Below, piece by piece: positions 8,770-18,392 of a stretch of 64,000 bases of DNA. The stretch's first letter is position 1. Each line of letters begins with the position of its first letter. The notes beneath the pieces are model-generated. The model saw only the letters and a program-made list of their open reading frames with translations, did not search any database and had not been told where the DNA came from. The stretch comes from Pseudomonadota bacterium (GTDB taxonomy: Bacteria; Pseudomonadota; Alphaproteobacteria; UBA2136; JAPKEQ01): assembly GCA_036141575.1 (NCBI GenBank), contig JAYZXF010000017.1:78077-142076 (forward strand), written 5' to 3'. The translations under genes were made by a program, and so were the position numbers.

Positions 8770-9582
8770 ATGAGACACACAGTATGGATTGCGTCGTTGG
8801 CGCTTTTGTGTGCAGTAAATGCGCAAGCTTCAGAAGGAATTGCAAGGCAAATTCAGTCTCTTAAAACAGCAATGGATGGGTTTGCAGCAACTGCAAGAGC
8901 GCAAATTGCGTCCAATACAGCGAGTATTACTGAAAACGTAAGAATTATTGACTCTTTTGAGACCTGTGCTGAAAGCGGGATGATGTATGCCCCTGATGAT
9001 GTGACAGCGAATGCAGATGGCTGTAAGCGCGTCACCTCAACACAAGCGCTCAATGAAATTGATGTGTCAAGCCAGCTTGTGGCAACAGGCCGGTGGCTAC
9101 ACCCTTATAACTTTAGTGAGCATTCATCAAATGGGTCTCCATCAAAACGTGGCCGTTCTTATGCGCAGATTTATCGTATTAATGATCCTGATAATTATAA
9201 CAACTACCTGATTTCTGGTAATCTTTTTGGTGGTGGTAGTCGTTCTCATGATGAGGGTCAGTTCAGTTGTTGGAATGCTAATACTTATGTAAAGATTGGT
9301 AGTGGTTGGGTTTCTACAAACGGTGATTCTATTAAAATTGAACAGCTTGCCAATGTGTCTAAAACGCGTGTGGCAGGCCATGTTTATAATGGCACATTCC
9401 AAAACCAAATTGCGATTGTAAAGCGTACATCTCATAGCTGTTATAATAACGGAGGGGATTTAAATATGGGAATGAAGGTTAATTACATTACGTATCACAA
9501 TGGTATGAATGCACGTGCATCTTATCATGATAGTGACTCGCGAGCTTCAACACTGCGTGTGACAAACATTATTGGTTTTTAA
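8770..9582 (+). CDS. secreted protein, member A of the 'EG-ARQ' family
   Basis: Signal peptide, then 'SEGIARQIQSLKTAMDGF', then the two-Cys loop 'FETCAESGMMYAPDD...DGC'. Paralog of 12161-13015. Confidence 0.7.
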   Translation: MRHTVWIASLALLCAVNAQASEGIARQIQSLKTAMDGFAATARAQIASNTASITENVRIIDSFETCAESGMMYAPDDVTANADGCKRVTSTQALNEIDVSSQLVATGRWLHPYNFSEHSSNGSPSKRGRSYAQIYRINDPDNYNNYLISGNLFGGGSRSHDEGQFSCWNANTYVKIGSGWVSTNGDSIKIEQLANVSKTRVAGHVYNGTFQNQIAIVKRTSHSCYNNGGDLNMGMKVNYITYHNGMNARASYHDSDSRASTLRVTNIIGF

Positions 9583-9633
9583 ATTAATGGAAGTTCCTAT
9601 AAATAAGCATGAAATGGGAGGTTTATAGATTTC

Positions 9634-10206
9634 ATGAGTAAAGTATTTAAAGGGAGTGCAGCTGTTGGCGCTTTAATGGCGGCGACAAGTGCTGCTGCAC
9701 ATGACCACGACTTTCCGAACTTGAATTACGATGCCAATGCACCTGTGCCTGATGGCATGAGCGAGGTGTGCTCTCCAAGTGATCTGGAATACTTGCAGTG
9801 GCAAGCCAATGATTTTGTGGTTGATAATCAAGTTCAGTTTCAGCCTAAAGATGATGCGGCACAGGGCTATATGCAAGCTTATGCCGAGCTCCATGAAGGG
9901 GACAATGCATTTGAGGCTTATAAAGGTTATAGTGATCGTGCTTTTGAGCACTATAAAGAGTTTGATAATGTTGCTAAGCAGGTTGAGCGCGGCATGGTCA
10001 GCTATGATGAAGTAGATCAACAGATTCTTGGTCGTATTAATGAGCTTGGTCACCTTGAGCAGTTTTATATTAATTCTATTCAGGCTGAGAAGATTGCAGC
10101 AAACTTTGAAATGCAGTACGGCGAGGGGTCTTTTGCCCGTTACGCTGGTATGCAGGTTGAAGTGGAGCTTGGAGAGCTCAACTGCGATATTGAAGCTGAG
10201 CGCTAA
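9634..10206 (+). CDS. hypothetical secreted protein
   Basis: N-terminal signal-like 'AAVGALMAATSAAA'. 190 aa. Confidence 0.5.
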   Translation: MSKVFKGSAAVGALMAATSAAAHDHDFPNLNYDANAPVPDGMSEVCSPSDLEYLQWQANDFVVDNQVQFQPKDDAAQGYMQAYAELHEGDNAFEAYKGYSDRAFEHYKEFDNVAKQVERGMVSYDEVDQQILGRINELGHLEQFYINSIQAEKIAANFEMQYGEGSFARYAGMQVEVELGELNCDIEAER

Positions 10207-10217
10207 AGGATTTATCT

Positions 10218-10255
10218 AAAAAAAAGCCACCCCGAAGGGTGGCTTTCTTTATTTA
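10218..10255. terminator. bidirectional rho-independent terminator 'aaaaaaagccaccccgaagggtggctttcttt'
   Basis: 10-bp stem with a GAAG loop, an A-run on one side and a T-run on the other. Lies between convergent genes. Confidence 0.75.
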
Positions 10256-10275
10256 CGTCGATTTGCTTTGGCGTT

Positions 10276-10851
10276 TTAGTCGTTGTTGCCGAATGGGTTG
10301 ACGCCGCCATCTTCACCAGTCTCGAAAGTCTGGCTGGTTGCGGCGCTGACCACCGGAGCACAGACGCTGCCGGGCTCTTTTTGCTTCGGGTCGACCTTGG
10401 CCGGGAAGTTCATCAGGCCGTAGACCAGGTTGCCGGGGAATTTCTCCAGCGAGTTGGTGTAGGCGACGCACTTGTCAATCAGCAGTTTCTGCGCATTGGC
10501 GAAGGTGGTCCGGCCGATTTCGATCTGATCCTGAATGGTTTTGTACAGGGTCATGTCGACTTCGGGGTTGTCTTCGGTCAGGGCCAGCAGCAGGGCGCTG
10601 GCACCGCCATCACCGTAGCGGTTCTGGAGTGCACCAGAAATCACTTCTGCGACCGCGTCCTTGTAGGCATCGGCCACGCCAGCGGATTCGGTCACCGACT
10701 GAGCGAACGCGTTGTATTTGATTTTGTTTTCATCGTAGGTGCCCATGATGCCATTCTCATGGCTGATGCCGGTGTTGTACGTGGAAATGGCCACGCCACC
10801 TGCCAGAGCCAGAGGGACTGCGACGATTGCTGCGATAATAAGACCTTTCAT
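10276..10851 (-). CDS. hypothetical exported protein encoded by a markedly GC-rich gene (ORF extends to 10920; likely start is 'MKGLIIAAIVAVPLALAGG')
   Basis: N-terminal hydrophobic signal or TM segment. GC is visibly about 58-60% against about 46% for the window. Confidence 0.5.
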   Translation of the reverse strand: MKGLIIAAIVAVPLALAGGVAISTYNTGISHENGIMGTYDENKIKYNAFAQSVTESAGVADAYKDAVAEVISGALQNRYGDGGASALLLALTEDNPEVDMTLYKTIQDQIEIGRTTFANAQKLLIDKCVAYTNSLEKFPGNLVYGLMNFPAKVDPKQKEPGSVCAPVVSAATSQTFETGEDGGVNPFGNND

Positions 10852-10942
10852 GATGATTCTCCATGATGTGAAAGGTTGAGAAGGAAGGGTGAAAGCTTGG
10901 CCGGAAAACCGCCCAAGCAAGTATTATATTTCCTGTGTGCTC

Positions 10943-11998
10943 CTAGAGGAAACGCACGTCGTTGCGATGGAAGTAACGGGTTAGACCGAGACTTGCGCCC
11001 ATCCCAACAAGGAAAAGCATGACCAGAGCCCATGTTGGTGGGTTGATCTGGGATTTGAGGTAGGCAAACTGTTTCATCTGTGGGCGTACAAAGTGTGCGT
11101 CCACCTCTTCGGAGATGGCGTGCACAATTGCATGCGGGTCAGAAATAGTGCCAATGTTTTGAAGTTCATCACGCAGATACACTGCCATTTCTTCGTTGCC
11201 GTATCCGCCAGCCCAAGTGAGCACATGGGCCCAATTGATAGTGTCGGTTGCGTCAACACTCAGAATAACCACCACATCATTCTTGTTGAGACCATCCCAT
11301 GCGGCTTCAACTTTGAAGACATATTCACGGGATTTCTCTGTGGTGATGATCAGGTTCACGTTGGCCTGTTTACTTGGGCCAAGGTGAATCAGTTCCTGAT
11401 TCAGCAGATCTTGCCAGTGGTCAGCATCTTTCAAGCTGAAGCCTGAAGTCAGCACCCGGTGTGCACGGTAGTAGTCGAACACGCGTGGGTACTCAGGCAC
11501 GTCGGCCAGATGCTCATAGTCCAGCATTTGCGTTTTGTAGAGGCTGCCGTTGGCGGCCTGTACGTAGTTATCATAGGTGTGCTCAGTTGCAGCAGGTTCA
11601 CCAATAACCACTTCCGTGAAACGGGGTGGCTCTTTGGTTCCCTGACGGTTGATACGCCGAATGTTGAAGTCGCCAACATTGGTGTAAACACGCCAGTCAT
11701 AGTCGTGAGAGTGCTCATAGCATGTTTGGCAGGTCTGTTTACCGTCTTTGTCGGTGACACAATTGCATTGGTAGCTGTGTTCGCAGGAAACGCGAACACG
11801 CTTTTTGTCTGCAATTGAGCCGTTCCAAATTTCGGTATCAGCCATCATGCCTTTTTCGGTCAGCTTGTAGCCGCCAAAAACCAGCGCTGTCACGAGAACG
11901 AGCTGCATGAGGATTTCTTGCCAGTTCAGGTCATACTTCAATGCTTTTGCAATGAGAGGTGTGAGAAGGGGCAAGAGAAGAAGCCATGCAAGATACAT
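10943..11998 (-). CDS. hypothetical membrane protein with a Cys-rich extracytoplasmic segment
   Basis: N-terminal and C-terminal hydrophobic helices. Cys-rich stretch 'SCEHSYQCNCVTDKDGKQTCQTCYEH'. Confidence 0.55.
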   Translation of the reverse strand: MYLAWLLLLPLLTPLIAKALKYDLNWQEILMQLVLVTALVFGGYKLTEKGMMADTEIWNGSIADKKRVRVSCEHSYQCNCVTDKDGKQTCQTCYEHSHDYDWRVYTNVGDFNIRRINRQGTKEPPRFTEVVIGEPAATEHTYDNYVQAANGSLYKTQMLDYEHLADVPEYPRVFDYYRAHRVLTSGFSLKDADHWQDLLNQELIHLGPSKQANVNLIITTEKSREYVFKVEAAWDGLNKNDVVVILSVDATDTINWAHVLTWAGGYGNEEMAVYLRDELQNIGTISDPHAIVHAISEEVDAHFVRPQMKQFAYLKSQINPPTWALVMLFLVGMGASLGLTRYFHRNDVRFL

Positions 11999-12160
11999 GT
12001 GTTTTCTCCTTAAAATGTACGAAAGATTACAGTAGTGATGAAATTGTGATCATCCCTTTAATGAAATTCAAGGTTTTGGGTGTTTTTTTTAGGAGATATG
12101 AGCTTGTGTGTTAACCTATAAGAGAAAGCAGGGTTATAAAAAAGAGGGGTCCCTTACAAA

Positions 12161-13015
12161 GTGAGGCATATGCTTAAAGTATCAGCATTAACTGCTGTGT
12201 GTGTGATTGGAATCGTGAATTATGTGCAAGCGAGTGAAGGAATTGCTCGTCAAGTACAAGCCTTAAAGTCCTCTATGGATAGTTTTGCTGCGACTGCTCG
12301 TGCTCAGCTTGCTGCTCAGGCGGTAAGCATTACAGAGAATGTACGTATGATTGACGCTTTTAAAACCTGTGCAGATAAAAACATGCTGTATACGCCTGAA
12401 AATCAGGCGGCAGATGTGGATGGCTGTTCTGCGATGTCTGGCTCTGGGGAAGTAAATGAAATTGATATGGCAACAGAGGTTGTGCCAACAAACCAATATT
12501 TTAATGTGGAACATGGCAGGGAGCAAACTGGAGGCGGTGGAGTAACTCGTGGCTCTCCTGCACGTATCTATCAGATTAATGACTCTGGAAATTATCAAAC
12601 ATATCAAGTTGTCGGTAATATCCGAGGCTGGGGTTGGCAATGGGATGATGAAGATCATGCTTATGACCATTGTTATGCTTATCAGCCTTATGTGAAAATT
12701 GGCGGGAGATGGCATGTCTCTGACTCTGATACTGTGACAATCCGTACTGTTGCAAACCAAAATAAAACCATTCTAAATGGCCGTATGGTGAATGGAAGTT
12801 TTGATAAAAGAATAGCTGTTGCTAAAGGAACAGCTTTCAGATGTGGTCGTCGTGGGGATACAAATGCTTTATATCAGATTTTTAATGATATGCGTAAGAG
12901 CCATGTGACTTGGTCTGATGCTTTAGCTTCTGGTCAAAGGGCTTGTTCTCATCATGACCCTCTTAATTGCAGAAATAGTGCATCGCTTGGTATACACTAT
13001 ATTGTTGGCTATTAA
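12161..13015 (+). CDS. secreted protein, member B of the 'EG-ARQ' family
   Basis: Signal peptide, then 'SEGIARQVQALKSSMDSF', then 'FKTCADKNMLYTPEN...DGC'. Shares 'IY(R/Q)IND..NY' and 'YVKIG' blocks with member A. Confidence 0.7.
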   Translation: MRHMLKVSALTAVCVIGIVNYVQASEGIARQVQALKSSMDSFAATARAQLAAQAVSITENVRMIDAFKTCADKNMLYTPENQAADVDGCSAMSGSGEVNEIDMATEVVPTNQYFNVEHGREQTGGGGVTRGSPARIYQINDSGNYQTYQVVGNIRGWGWQWDDEDHAYDHCYAYQPYVKIGGRWHVSDSDTVTIRTVANQNKTILNGRMVNGSFDKRIAVAKGTAFRCGRRGDTNALYQIFNDMRKSHVTWSDALASGQRACSHHDPLNCRNSASLGIHYIVGY

Positions 13016-13114
13016 GTTAAAAATTAAAAAAGAACTACCCAATTTTAAAAAACGCCTTTAGGTTAGAGATATCTTAAATCTTCTTTAATGTTTCCTAACT
13101 GACGAGGCGTTATC

Positions 13115-14146
13115 ATGCGCTATACAGTTCCTGCTGGGCGCAATGAAGCGCCCTATGCCCTATGGCATGAAAAAAGCATACAGGCGCGAAGCTGGTATTT
13201 AGCTTTAGGTATGATGTATCCCGTGATTATATGTATTGCCCTTGGGCTGCATGGCGGGGTAGGAACCTTTATGAGTGCCATTTTCTACGCAGTCTTGCTT
13301 TTTGGTGTTTCTCGCTTTCAAGCCTATAAAACGGTGCGCTCAGCACCTGAAGAATTTGCGCGTAAGGCTATTCCTGAAACCTCACCTCAATATCGTCAGG
13401 CTCTCCTTATGATTGAGGAGCTTTGCCAGCGTGCAGGTGTGGATTGGAGGCCTCAGCTTATTGTGTTTGAAAGTGAAGGCTTTGACGGTTTTGCAAGCCA
13501 TCCCCCTGGACGGGACCCCTATATTATCCTGAGTACAGGTGCTTTTCTTTATGGGAAGAGAAGTGTACGTGCTGTGATCGCTCATGAGCTGTCTCATATG
13601 CTGCACGGGGATATGACCCTTGTTGAGAGGGCAACCATCCTGCATATGGTGACAATGGCTATGCTTGCTCTTATTTTGTCTGTTCCAATGGCTATGGCTG
13701 GTGGAGAGTCTGCTGACAGTGTTTTCTTTCTTGTGTTTTTATTGGGGTTTACCTTCATCTATTTACGTGGATTGAAGATTGCGCTCAATACGCACTCACG
13801 CTACCGAGAGTATTTGGCTGATGGTGGTGCTGCCGCTTTAATTGGCTGGGAAAACCGTATGGATATGGCGGTTGCACTGCACTGGACTTTTGTTGCCTTT
13901 AAAGAGCTTCTGAAAAAGAAGGTGAGGCAAGGGCAGCTCTACAAAGATTTCCGTCACCCTCAAACTGGGGCACCCCCTAGAGAAGGATGGCTTGAAGACA
14001 TGCAACAAAAAGCGCTGGATGCGATTGATGAAATGGAGGAAACCTCTTCCATTATGAATACGCACCCAACCAATAAAGAGCGCTATGCTGCGCTCGATAT
14101 TACCGAAGACGAGCTGAAGCAAGCTCTTGAGGATCATGCGCTATAA
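13115..14146 (+). CDS. M48-family zinc metalloprotease (HtpX-like), membrane-associated
   Basis: HExxH motif 'VIAHELSHMLHGD' plus multiple TM segments. Confidence 0.75.
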   Translation: MRYTVPAGRNEAPYALWHEKSIQARSWYLALGMMYPVIICIALGLHGGVGTFMSAIFYAVLLFGVSRFQAYKTVRSAPEEFARKAIPETSPQYRQALLMIEELCQRAGVDWRPQLIVFESEGFDGFASHPPGRDPYIILSTGAFLYGKRSVRAVIAHELSHMLHGDMTLVERATILHMVTMAMLALILSVPMAMAGGESADSVFFLVFLLGFTFIYLRGLKIALNTHSRYREYLADGGAAALIGWENRMDMAVALHWTFVAFKELLKKKVRQGQLYKDFRHPQTGAPPREGWLEDMQQKALDAIDEMEETSSIMNTHPTNKERYAALDITEDELKQALEDHAL

Positions 14147-14149
14147 AAA

Positions 14150-14185
14150 ATCGAGAAGCCCCCTGTGTTGGGGGCTTTTTATTTG
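14150..14185 (+). terminator. rho-independent terminator 'gaagcccccTGTGTTgggggctttttatttg'
   Basis: G/C stem followed by a T-run after the M48 gene. Confidence 0.7.
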
Positions 14186-14326
14186 CGCGCTGCTGAAGTT
14201 TTTTTTAAATAGTTTTTTTCATTGAAAGGTATAGAGCGGCTCTGTAAAGTTGACGCATTCTATAGAAAATATGTCTTCCGTTTTCTTATCCTTGATCTGA
14301 GGTGTTTCTATTTTTGTGAGGTCATT

Positions 14327-14827
14327 ATGCTTAAGACCTGTCTGCGCGGCTTTTTGCTGCTCTCTTTTCTTGTTCTGTCTGCTTGTGCCGTCGCTATTCC
14401 TGAAGAAGACTGGTATATCACTCTTGCCAAACGCAATACACAAAACGGTGTTGTTACCATTACTGAAGATGATGGTGGGCTGGTTTATCCGCGTATTCAT
14501 TACATTGAAAATGTGATTGAGGCCCGTAACCAAAGTGTACGTATTATTGCACCTGAATGCATTTCGGCTTGTACGATGTATCTTGGGGTCAGCAATGTGT
14601 GCACTGCGCCTTATACTCGCTTTATGTTCCATGGCCCTTGGGATAGTTCAGTAGCTAACTATACTGAAACGCCTGCATTTCAGCATACGTCACGTGCCAT
14701 TGCACGTTACTATCCAGCGCCTATCCGTAGAGCCTTTATGAAAAGTTATCGTCATTTGGGACCCTATGAGTTTCATACAATTACGGGCGAAGAGCTTATT
14801 GCCGCAGGGCATATAAGAGCCTGCTAG
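14327..14827 (+). CDS. putative lipoprotein (the ORF track starts upstream at 14222)
   Basis: 'MLKTCLRGFLLLSFLVLSAC' with a lipobox-like LSAC. Terminator hairpin at 14848-14872. Confidence 0.5.
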   Translation: MLKTCLRGFLLLSFLVLSACAVAIPEEDWYITLAKRNTQNGVVTITEDDGGLVYPRIHYIENVIEARNQSVRIIAPECISACTMYLGVSNVCTAPYTRFMFHGPWDSSVANYTETPAFQHTSRAIARYYPAPIRRAFMKSYRHLGPYEFHTITGEELIAAGHIRAC

Positions 14828-14886
14828 ATGAATCGAACACAACAAAGCCTCCCAAATGGGAGGCTTTGCTTTATCGATGAAAAGAG

Positions 14887-15465
14887 TTACATGCGGAAGC
14901 GGGTTGCTTCTTTCACTGTGCCGTAGACCCATTGGAACCACATGATGCCAGCCAGAGCCGGCAGAACCCAGTCCATTTCATTGGTGATAGCGTCAGCATG
15001 AACATGGCCAGATGCGGTGGTCAGCCAAAAGGCAAACAAGCCTGCCATCAGGTAGAGCTCATTGGGCTCCATGGCACGCACGGCGGTAATTGCACTGGTA
15101 AGCGCAATGGCGCCAATCCAGATCATAGCAAAGATACCAGCGTTTCCGAAGGTGTTCAGCATGTAGCCAGTACCAAAGTAACCTGCAACACTGATCGCGA
15201 TGGTCAGCAAAAAGCGCAGGCCCAGATTCTCCAGACGGGTAATCTTGGCAATCAGGCGGGCAGCACTGCCAACAACCCAGTCCCAGCCGATCAGAAAGAT
15301 GGTTGGAACCAGCTCGCCAGATGTTTTGTGGCTGGTGGTTGGGCGTTCTTCATCCAGTGTGGTATTGCCGACCAAACGGTCAAATAGGATGAACGCGCCG
15401 ATGATCAGGCCCACAAGAAGGAGCACAAAAAGGAAGGGGTTTGAGAAAATCACAACAGACCTCAT
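14887..15465 (-). CDS. hypothetical polytopic membrane protein
   Basis: Five or six hydrophobic helices. Confidence 0.5.
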   Translation of the reverse strand: MRSVVIFSNPFLFVLLLVGLIIGAFILFDRLVGNTTLDEERPTTSHKTSGELVPTIFLIGWDWVVGSAARLIAKITRLENLGLRFLLTIAISVAGYFGTGYMLNTFGNAGIFAMIWIGAIALTSAITAVRAMEPNELYLMAGLFAFWLTTASGHVHADAITNEMDWVLPALAGIMWFQWVYGTVKEATRFRM

Positions 15466-15569
15466 AGGTTAGGGAAGCGTTAATTCAGATGATAGATACT
15501 TTTTGTATACGTATTATGTATTTAAATGTCAAGGGGAGGTGAGAAAACAAATAAAATCAGAAAAATCTA

Positions 15570-15598
15570 TTGACTTTTTATCCTACTTCACCTAAATA
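15570..15598 (+). promoter_or_regulatory. candidate sigma70 promoter for rplM-rpsI (TTGACT, 17 nt, TAAATA)
   Basis: -35 'ttgact' at 15570-15575 and -10 'taaata' at 15593-15598, about 105 nt upstream of rplM. Confidence 0.4.
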
Positions 15599-15704
15599 CA
15601 CAGAACATGTGCGAAAACCCTAGCTTTTTAGGGGTATAAGAAATTATATAAGTGGCACAAAAAATATTTGTTAAAACGACCATTATAAAAGAGTAAAGAC
15701 CGTC

Positions 15705-16169
15705 ATGAAACTGACTGAAAGTTTGAAACCTGCAAACGCTGAAAACAACTGGTACGTTGTTGACGCGACTGATGTGCCTCTAGGCCGTCTATCAACTGTA
15801 ATCGCATCACACCTACGTGGTAAGCATAAGCCTAGCTTCACTTCACACGTTGACTGTGGCGACAACATTGTTGTTGTAAACGCTGAGAAAGTACGTCTTA
15901 CAGGCCGTAAGATGGGCACAATGGAATTCTTCTGGCACACAGGCTTCCCAGGTGGAATCAAATCTGTGATCGCAGGTAAAGAACTTGAAGGTAAGCACCC
16001 TGAGCGTGTTGTTCAGCGTGGTGTGAAGCGTATGCTTCCAAAAACTAAGCTTGGTCGTGCTCAGTTTGGTCGTCTATACGTGTACGCGGGTACTGAACAC
16101 CCACATACTGCACAAAAACCTGAAACTCTTGATGTAGCCGGCATGGTTGCTAAGAAAAACCACAAGTAA
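15705..16169 (+). CDS. rplM: 50S ribosomal protein L13
   Basis: 'WYVVDATD...LGRLS...VVNAEKV..TG.K' is a typical L13 sequence. Confidence 0.95.
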   Translation: MKLTESLKPANAENNWYVVDATDVPLGRLSTVIASHLRGKHKPSFTSHVDCGDNIVVVNAEKVRLTGRKMGTMEFFWHTGFPGGIKSVIAGKELEGKHPERVVQRGVKRMLPKTKLGRAQFGRLYVYAGTEHPHTAQKPETLDVAGMVAKKNHK

Positions 16170-16184
16170 GCGGGGAATAAGTAA

Positions 16185-16610
16185 ATGAGCATTGCACAAA
16201 ACATTAAAGCCGCTAACAAAAAAGCTGGTAAGTTTTACTCAACGGGTAAGCGTAAAGACGCTGTCGCTCGTGTATGGCTAACTAAAGGTAAAGGTGAAGT
16301 GACAATTAACGGTCGCTCTATGGAAACTTACTTTGGTCGTCCAGTATCTCGTATGATTGTTAGCCAACCTTTCCAAACTGTGGAAATGGAAGGCAAATTT
16401 GATGTGAACGTAAACGTACACGGTGGTGGTCTATCTGGCCAAGCTGGTGCAATCCGTCACGGTATCACTAAAGCGCTTATCGAATACGATGAGAGCCTAC
16501 GTCCAGCACTTAAAGCACGTGGCTTTATCACTCGTGACTCTCGTGTTGTTGAGCGTAAGAAATACGGTCTTAAGAAGGCTCGTCGTAGCCCTCAGTTCTC
16601 GAAGCGTTAA
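16185..16610 (+). CDS. rpsI: 30S ribosomal protein S9
   Basis: C-terminal '[18 protein letters not shown]'. Conserved rplM-rpsI pair. Confidence 0.95.
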   Translation: MSIAQNIKAANKKAGKFYSTGKRKDAVARVWLTKGKGEVTINGRSMETYFGRPVSRMIVSQPFQTVEMEGKFDVNVNVHGGGLSGQAGAIRHGITKALIEYDESLRPALKARGFITRDSRVVERKKYGLKKARRSPQFSKR

Positions 16611-16633
16611 TCTTTCGAGACCGACACATTCAA

Positions 16634-16662
16634 AAACCTCCGCACTGCGGGGGTTTTTTGTT
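16634..16662 (+). terminator. rho-independent terminator after rpsI ('cctccgcactgcgggggttttttg')
   Basis: GC stem followed by T6. Confidence 0.6.
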
Positions 16663-16745
16663 GCTTAAATATTTTCATTTGTATACAGTGTGGAAGATTT
16701 CATCTTTATCTGACTTTTTTCTCGACTCTAACGGAGGATATATCC

Positions 16746-16994
16746 ATGTCGAATCTTTGGACCCTTGTTGAAAAACAAGAAGCCCGTGCCACAAACCCCA
16801 ACCGTACCCGCGCTGAAGAACTGATCAGCCATGGCCAAAAAACGGGGCGCCTGTCCAACTCGGACTACCGTGACCTGAAGAGCGCACTGCGTTCTGGCAA
16901 TCTGTGCTATGAAGATTTCGGTGTTCACAAAGGCAATGTGAATGACTGGAATGCACGCTGGATGGGCGAAAACGGCTGTGGTCCTCGCGACTAA
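16746..16994 (+). CDS. small hypothetical protein
   Basis: 82-aa ORF. GC is elevated relative to neighbours. A terminator follows. Confidence 0.4.
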   Translation: MSNLWTLVEKQEARATNPNRTRAEELISHGQKTGRLSNSDYRDLKSALRSGNLCYEDFGVHKGNVNDWNARWMGENGCGPRD

Positions 16995-17015
16995 GCTGTG
17001 CGTAATCGAAAAAAA

Positions 17016-17048
17016 GAACCCCGTAGCTTATGCTGCGGGGTTTCTTCT
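17016..17048. terminator. bidirectional terminator 'aaccccgtagcttatgctgcggggtttcttctt'
   Basis: Stem ccccg(c/t)agc/gctgcgggg. Between convergent genes. Confidence 0.65.
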
Positions 17049-17055
17049 TGTCGTT

Positions 17056-17577
17056 TTATTTTCCGCGCACGTGAATGATGCGGATAATGGATGTGTCGCT
17101 CAGATCAGAGACATCGCCAAGCGACATGACTTGGCGCCGAATGAGGTTTCGAAGAAGTTCTTCTTCTTTATAGCTCACATCAATGAAAGGGTTGTGGCTG
17201 CTTCCAGCTTTGAAAAAAGTGCCGCCATATTGGTTGTCTTTGAGGGCAATATAAAAATATTTATGAGTCGCCGATTTCAAAAACTTCATTTCTTCAGATG
17301 TAAAGGGCACCAGTTCAATGCCGTTGTCCTTAGATTTTTCTGCCATGGCTTGCATGTAGCTTTTACCCTCTACCACACGGCAGATATTGGGTTTAAGTGC
17401 GCTATAGCCAGCGTTAATGACATCGCACAGTGCTTGCCACTCTCTCGGCGGAATGGGTTTAAGTTCATCGCCTTTGTGGGCATCGCGGTAATAACCGTGC
17501 TCTTCATTCACAAAGTAGAAACGCTGATGCGTATAAATGCGGGCGTAAACCAAAAGGGCGTCGTTGTTGAGTCGTTT
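17056..17577 (-). CDS. hypothetical protein, tandem paralog 1 (EWQxLC family; ORF extends to 17655)
   Basis: 'PIPPREWQALCDVI' and 'EEELLRNLIRRQVMSLG' are shared with the next two genes. Confidence 0.55.
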   Translation of the reverse strand, partial: KRLNNDALLVYARIYTHQRFYFVNEEHGYYRDAHKGDELKPIPPREWQALCDVINAGYSALKPNICRVVEGKSYMQAMAEKSKDNGIELVPFTSEEMKFLKSATHKYFYIALKDNQYGGTFFKAGSSHNPFIDVSYKEEELLRNLIRRQVMSLGDVSDLSDTSIIRIIHVRGK

Positions 17578-17667
17578 CATGGAGAGGCTCCAGAGAAAAA
17601 GAAAATCAAAGATATGAGTTGCCTTATTTTTACAAGGAGTAGAGAGGCTTGGCAAGGTGTTTCCTGC

Positions 17668-17700
17668 AAAACAAAACAGCCCCGAAGGGCTGTTTAGGTT
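17668..17700 (-). terminator. terminator hairpin 'aacagccccGAAgggctgtt'
   Basis: Perfect stem downstream of paralog 2. Confidence 0.6.
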
Positions 17701-17703
17701 CGT

Positions 17704-18276
17704 TTATTGGTCCCAGTAGACCCGCTGGTGCGGTTCTTGGCTCCAATAGTCTTCAAATGTGCCACCTGTATGGAGCAGGCCACGTTTGACGAGCTGCTGA
17801 ATGCCTTGTATCTCTGTGGGAGAAAGCTGGCTTTCGCGACGGCGAGGGGAACCTTCCTCTACCTCATAAAACCAGTGATAAATGCCCGTTTCCGGCTGAA
17901 AAATGAGAGCGCTTGCTTCACGGTGCTGAATGGCACGCAGAAGAGGAATCACGTTCTGTTCTTCTTTGCTGAAGGCGCGAGGGGTCACAAATGGTTCAGG
18001 GTTTGCGTGGATATAGTTCCCCAAAATAACCTGAAAAAGGGGCAGGCCTTCTACGTAACGGCCTTTTGTTGAGAGGGTTGTGAGTGCGTTACAAGCAAAG
18101 GCTTCGCACAGCACTTGCCAGTCTCGCAGGCTAATAGCAGGCAGTTTGGATTCACCAAGATGACCCTGCTTTTTAGGCTGGTTGATGTAAACGCCATGTG
18201 AGACTGTGATGAAGAATTGAACATCCATCTCATGGATGCGCTTCACCATTTCAGCAACCGCTTGAGATTGAGACAT
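17704..18276 (-). CDS. hypothetical protein, tandem paralog 2 (EWQxLC family; ORF extends to 18396)
   Basis: 'ISLRDWQVLCEAF' and 'TEIQGIQQLVKRGLLHTGG'. The likely start 'MSQSQAVAEMV' places the 18365-18380 hairpin in the intergenic region. Confidence 0.55.
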   Translation of the reverse strand: MSQSQAVAEMVKRIHEMDVQFFITVSHGVYINQPKKQGHLGESKLPAISLRDWQVLCEAFACNALTTLSTKGRYVEGLPLFQVILGNYIHANPEPFVTPRAFSKEEQNVIPLLRAIQHREASALIFQPETGIYHWFYEVEEGSPRRRESQLSPTEIQGIQQLVKRGLLHTGGTFEDYWSQEPHQRVYWDQ

Positions 18277-18357
18277 GTGAGATCCTTTCAGAAAAGGGAG
18301 GGAGATGTAAGATGTTGGGATTGTATTCAGTTTGGTGGTGTTATGCAAGTACACAAA

Positions 18358-18388
18358 TGAAAAACAGCCCCGAAGGGCTGGTAATAAT
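18358..18388 (-). terminator. terminator hairpin 'cagccccGAAgggctg' after paralog 3
   Basis: Same hairpin type as at 17675. Confidence 0.55.
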
Positions 18389-18392
18389 CGCT

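Noticed and set aside
15480-15704. tRNA or other RNA gene in the AT-rich 225-bp region upstream of rplM
   Set aside because: No cloverleaf-compatible T-arm (GGTTCRANYCC) or acceptor-stem pairing was found. The region is better explained as the promoter and leader of the rplM-rpsI operon.
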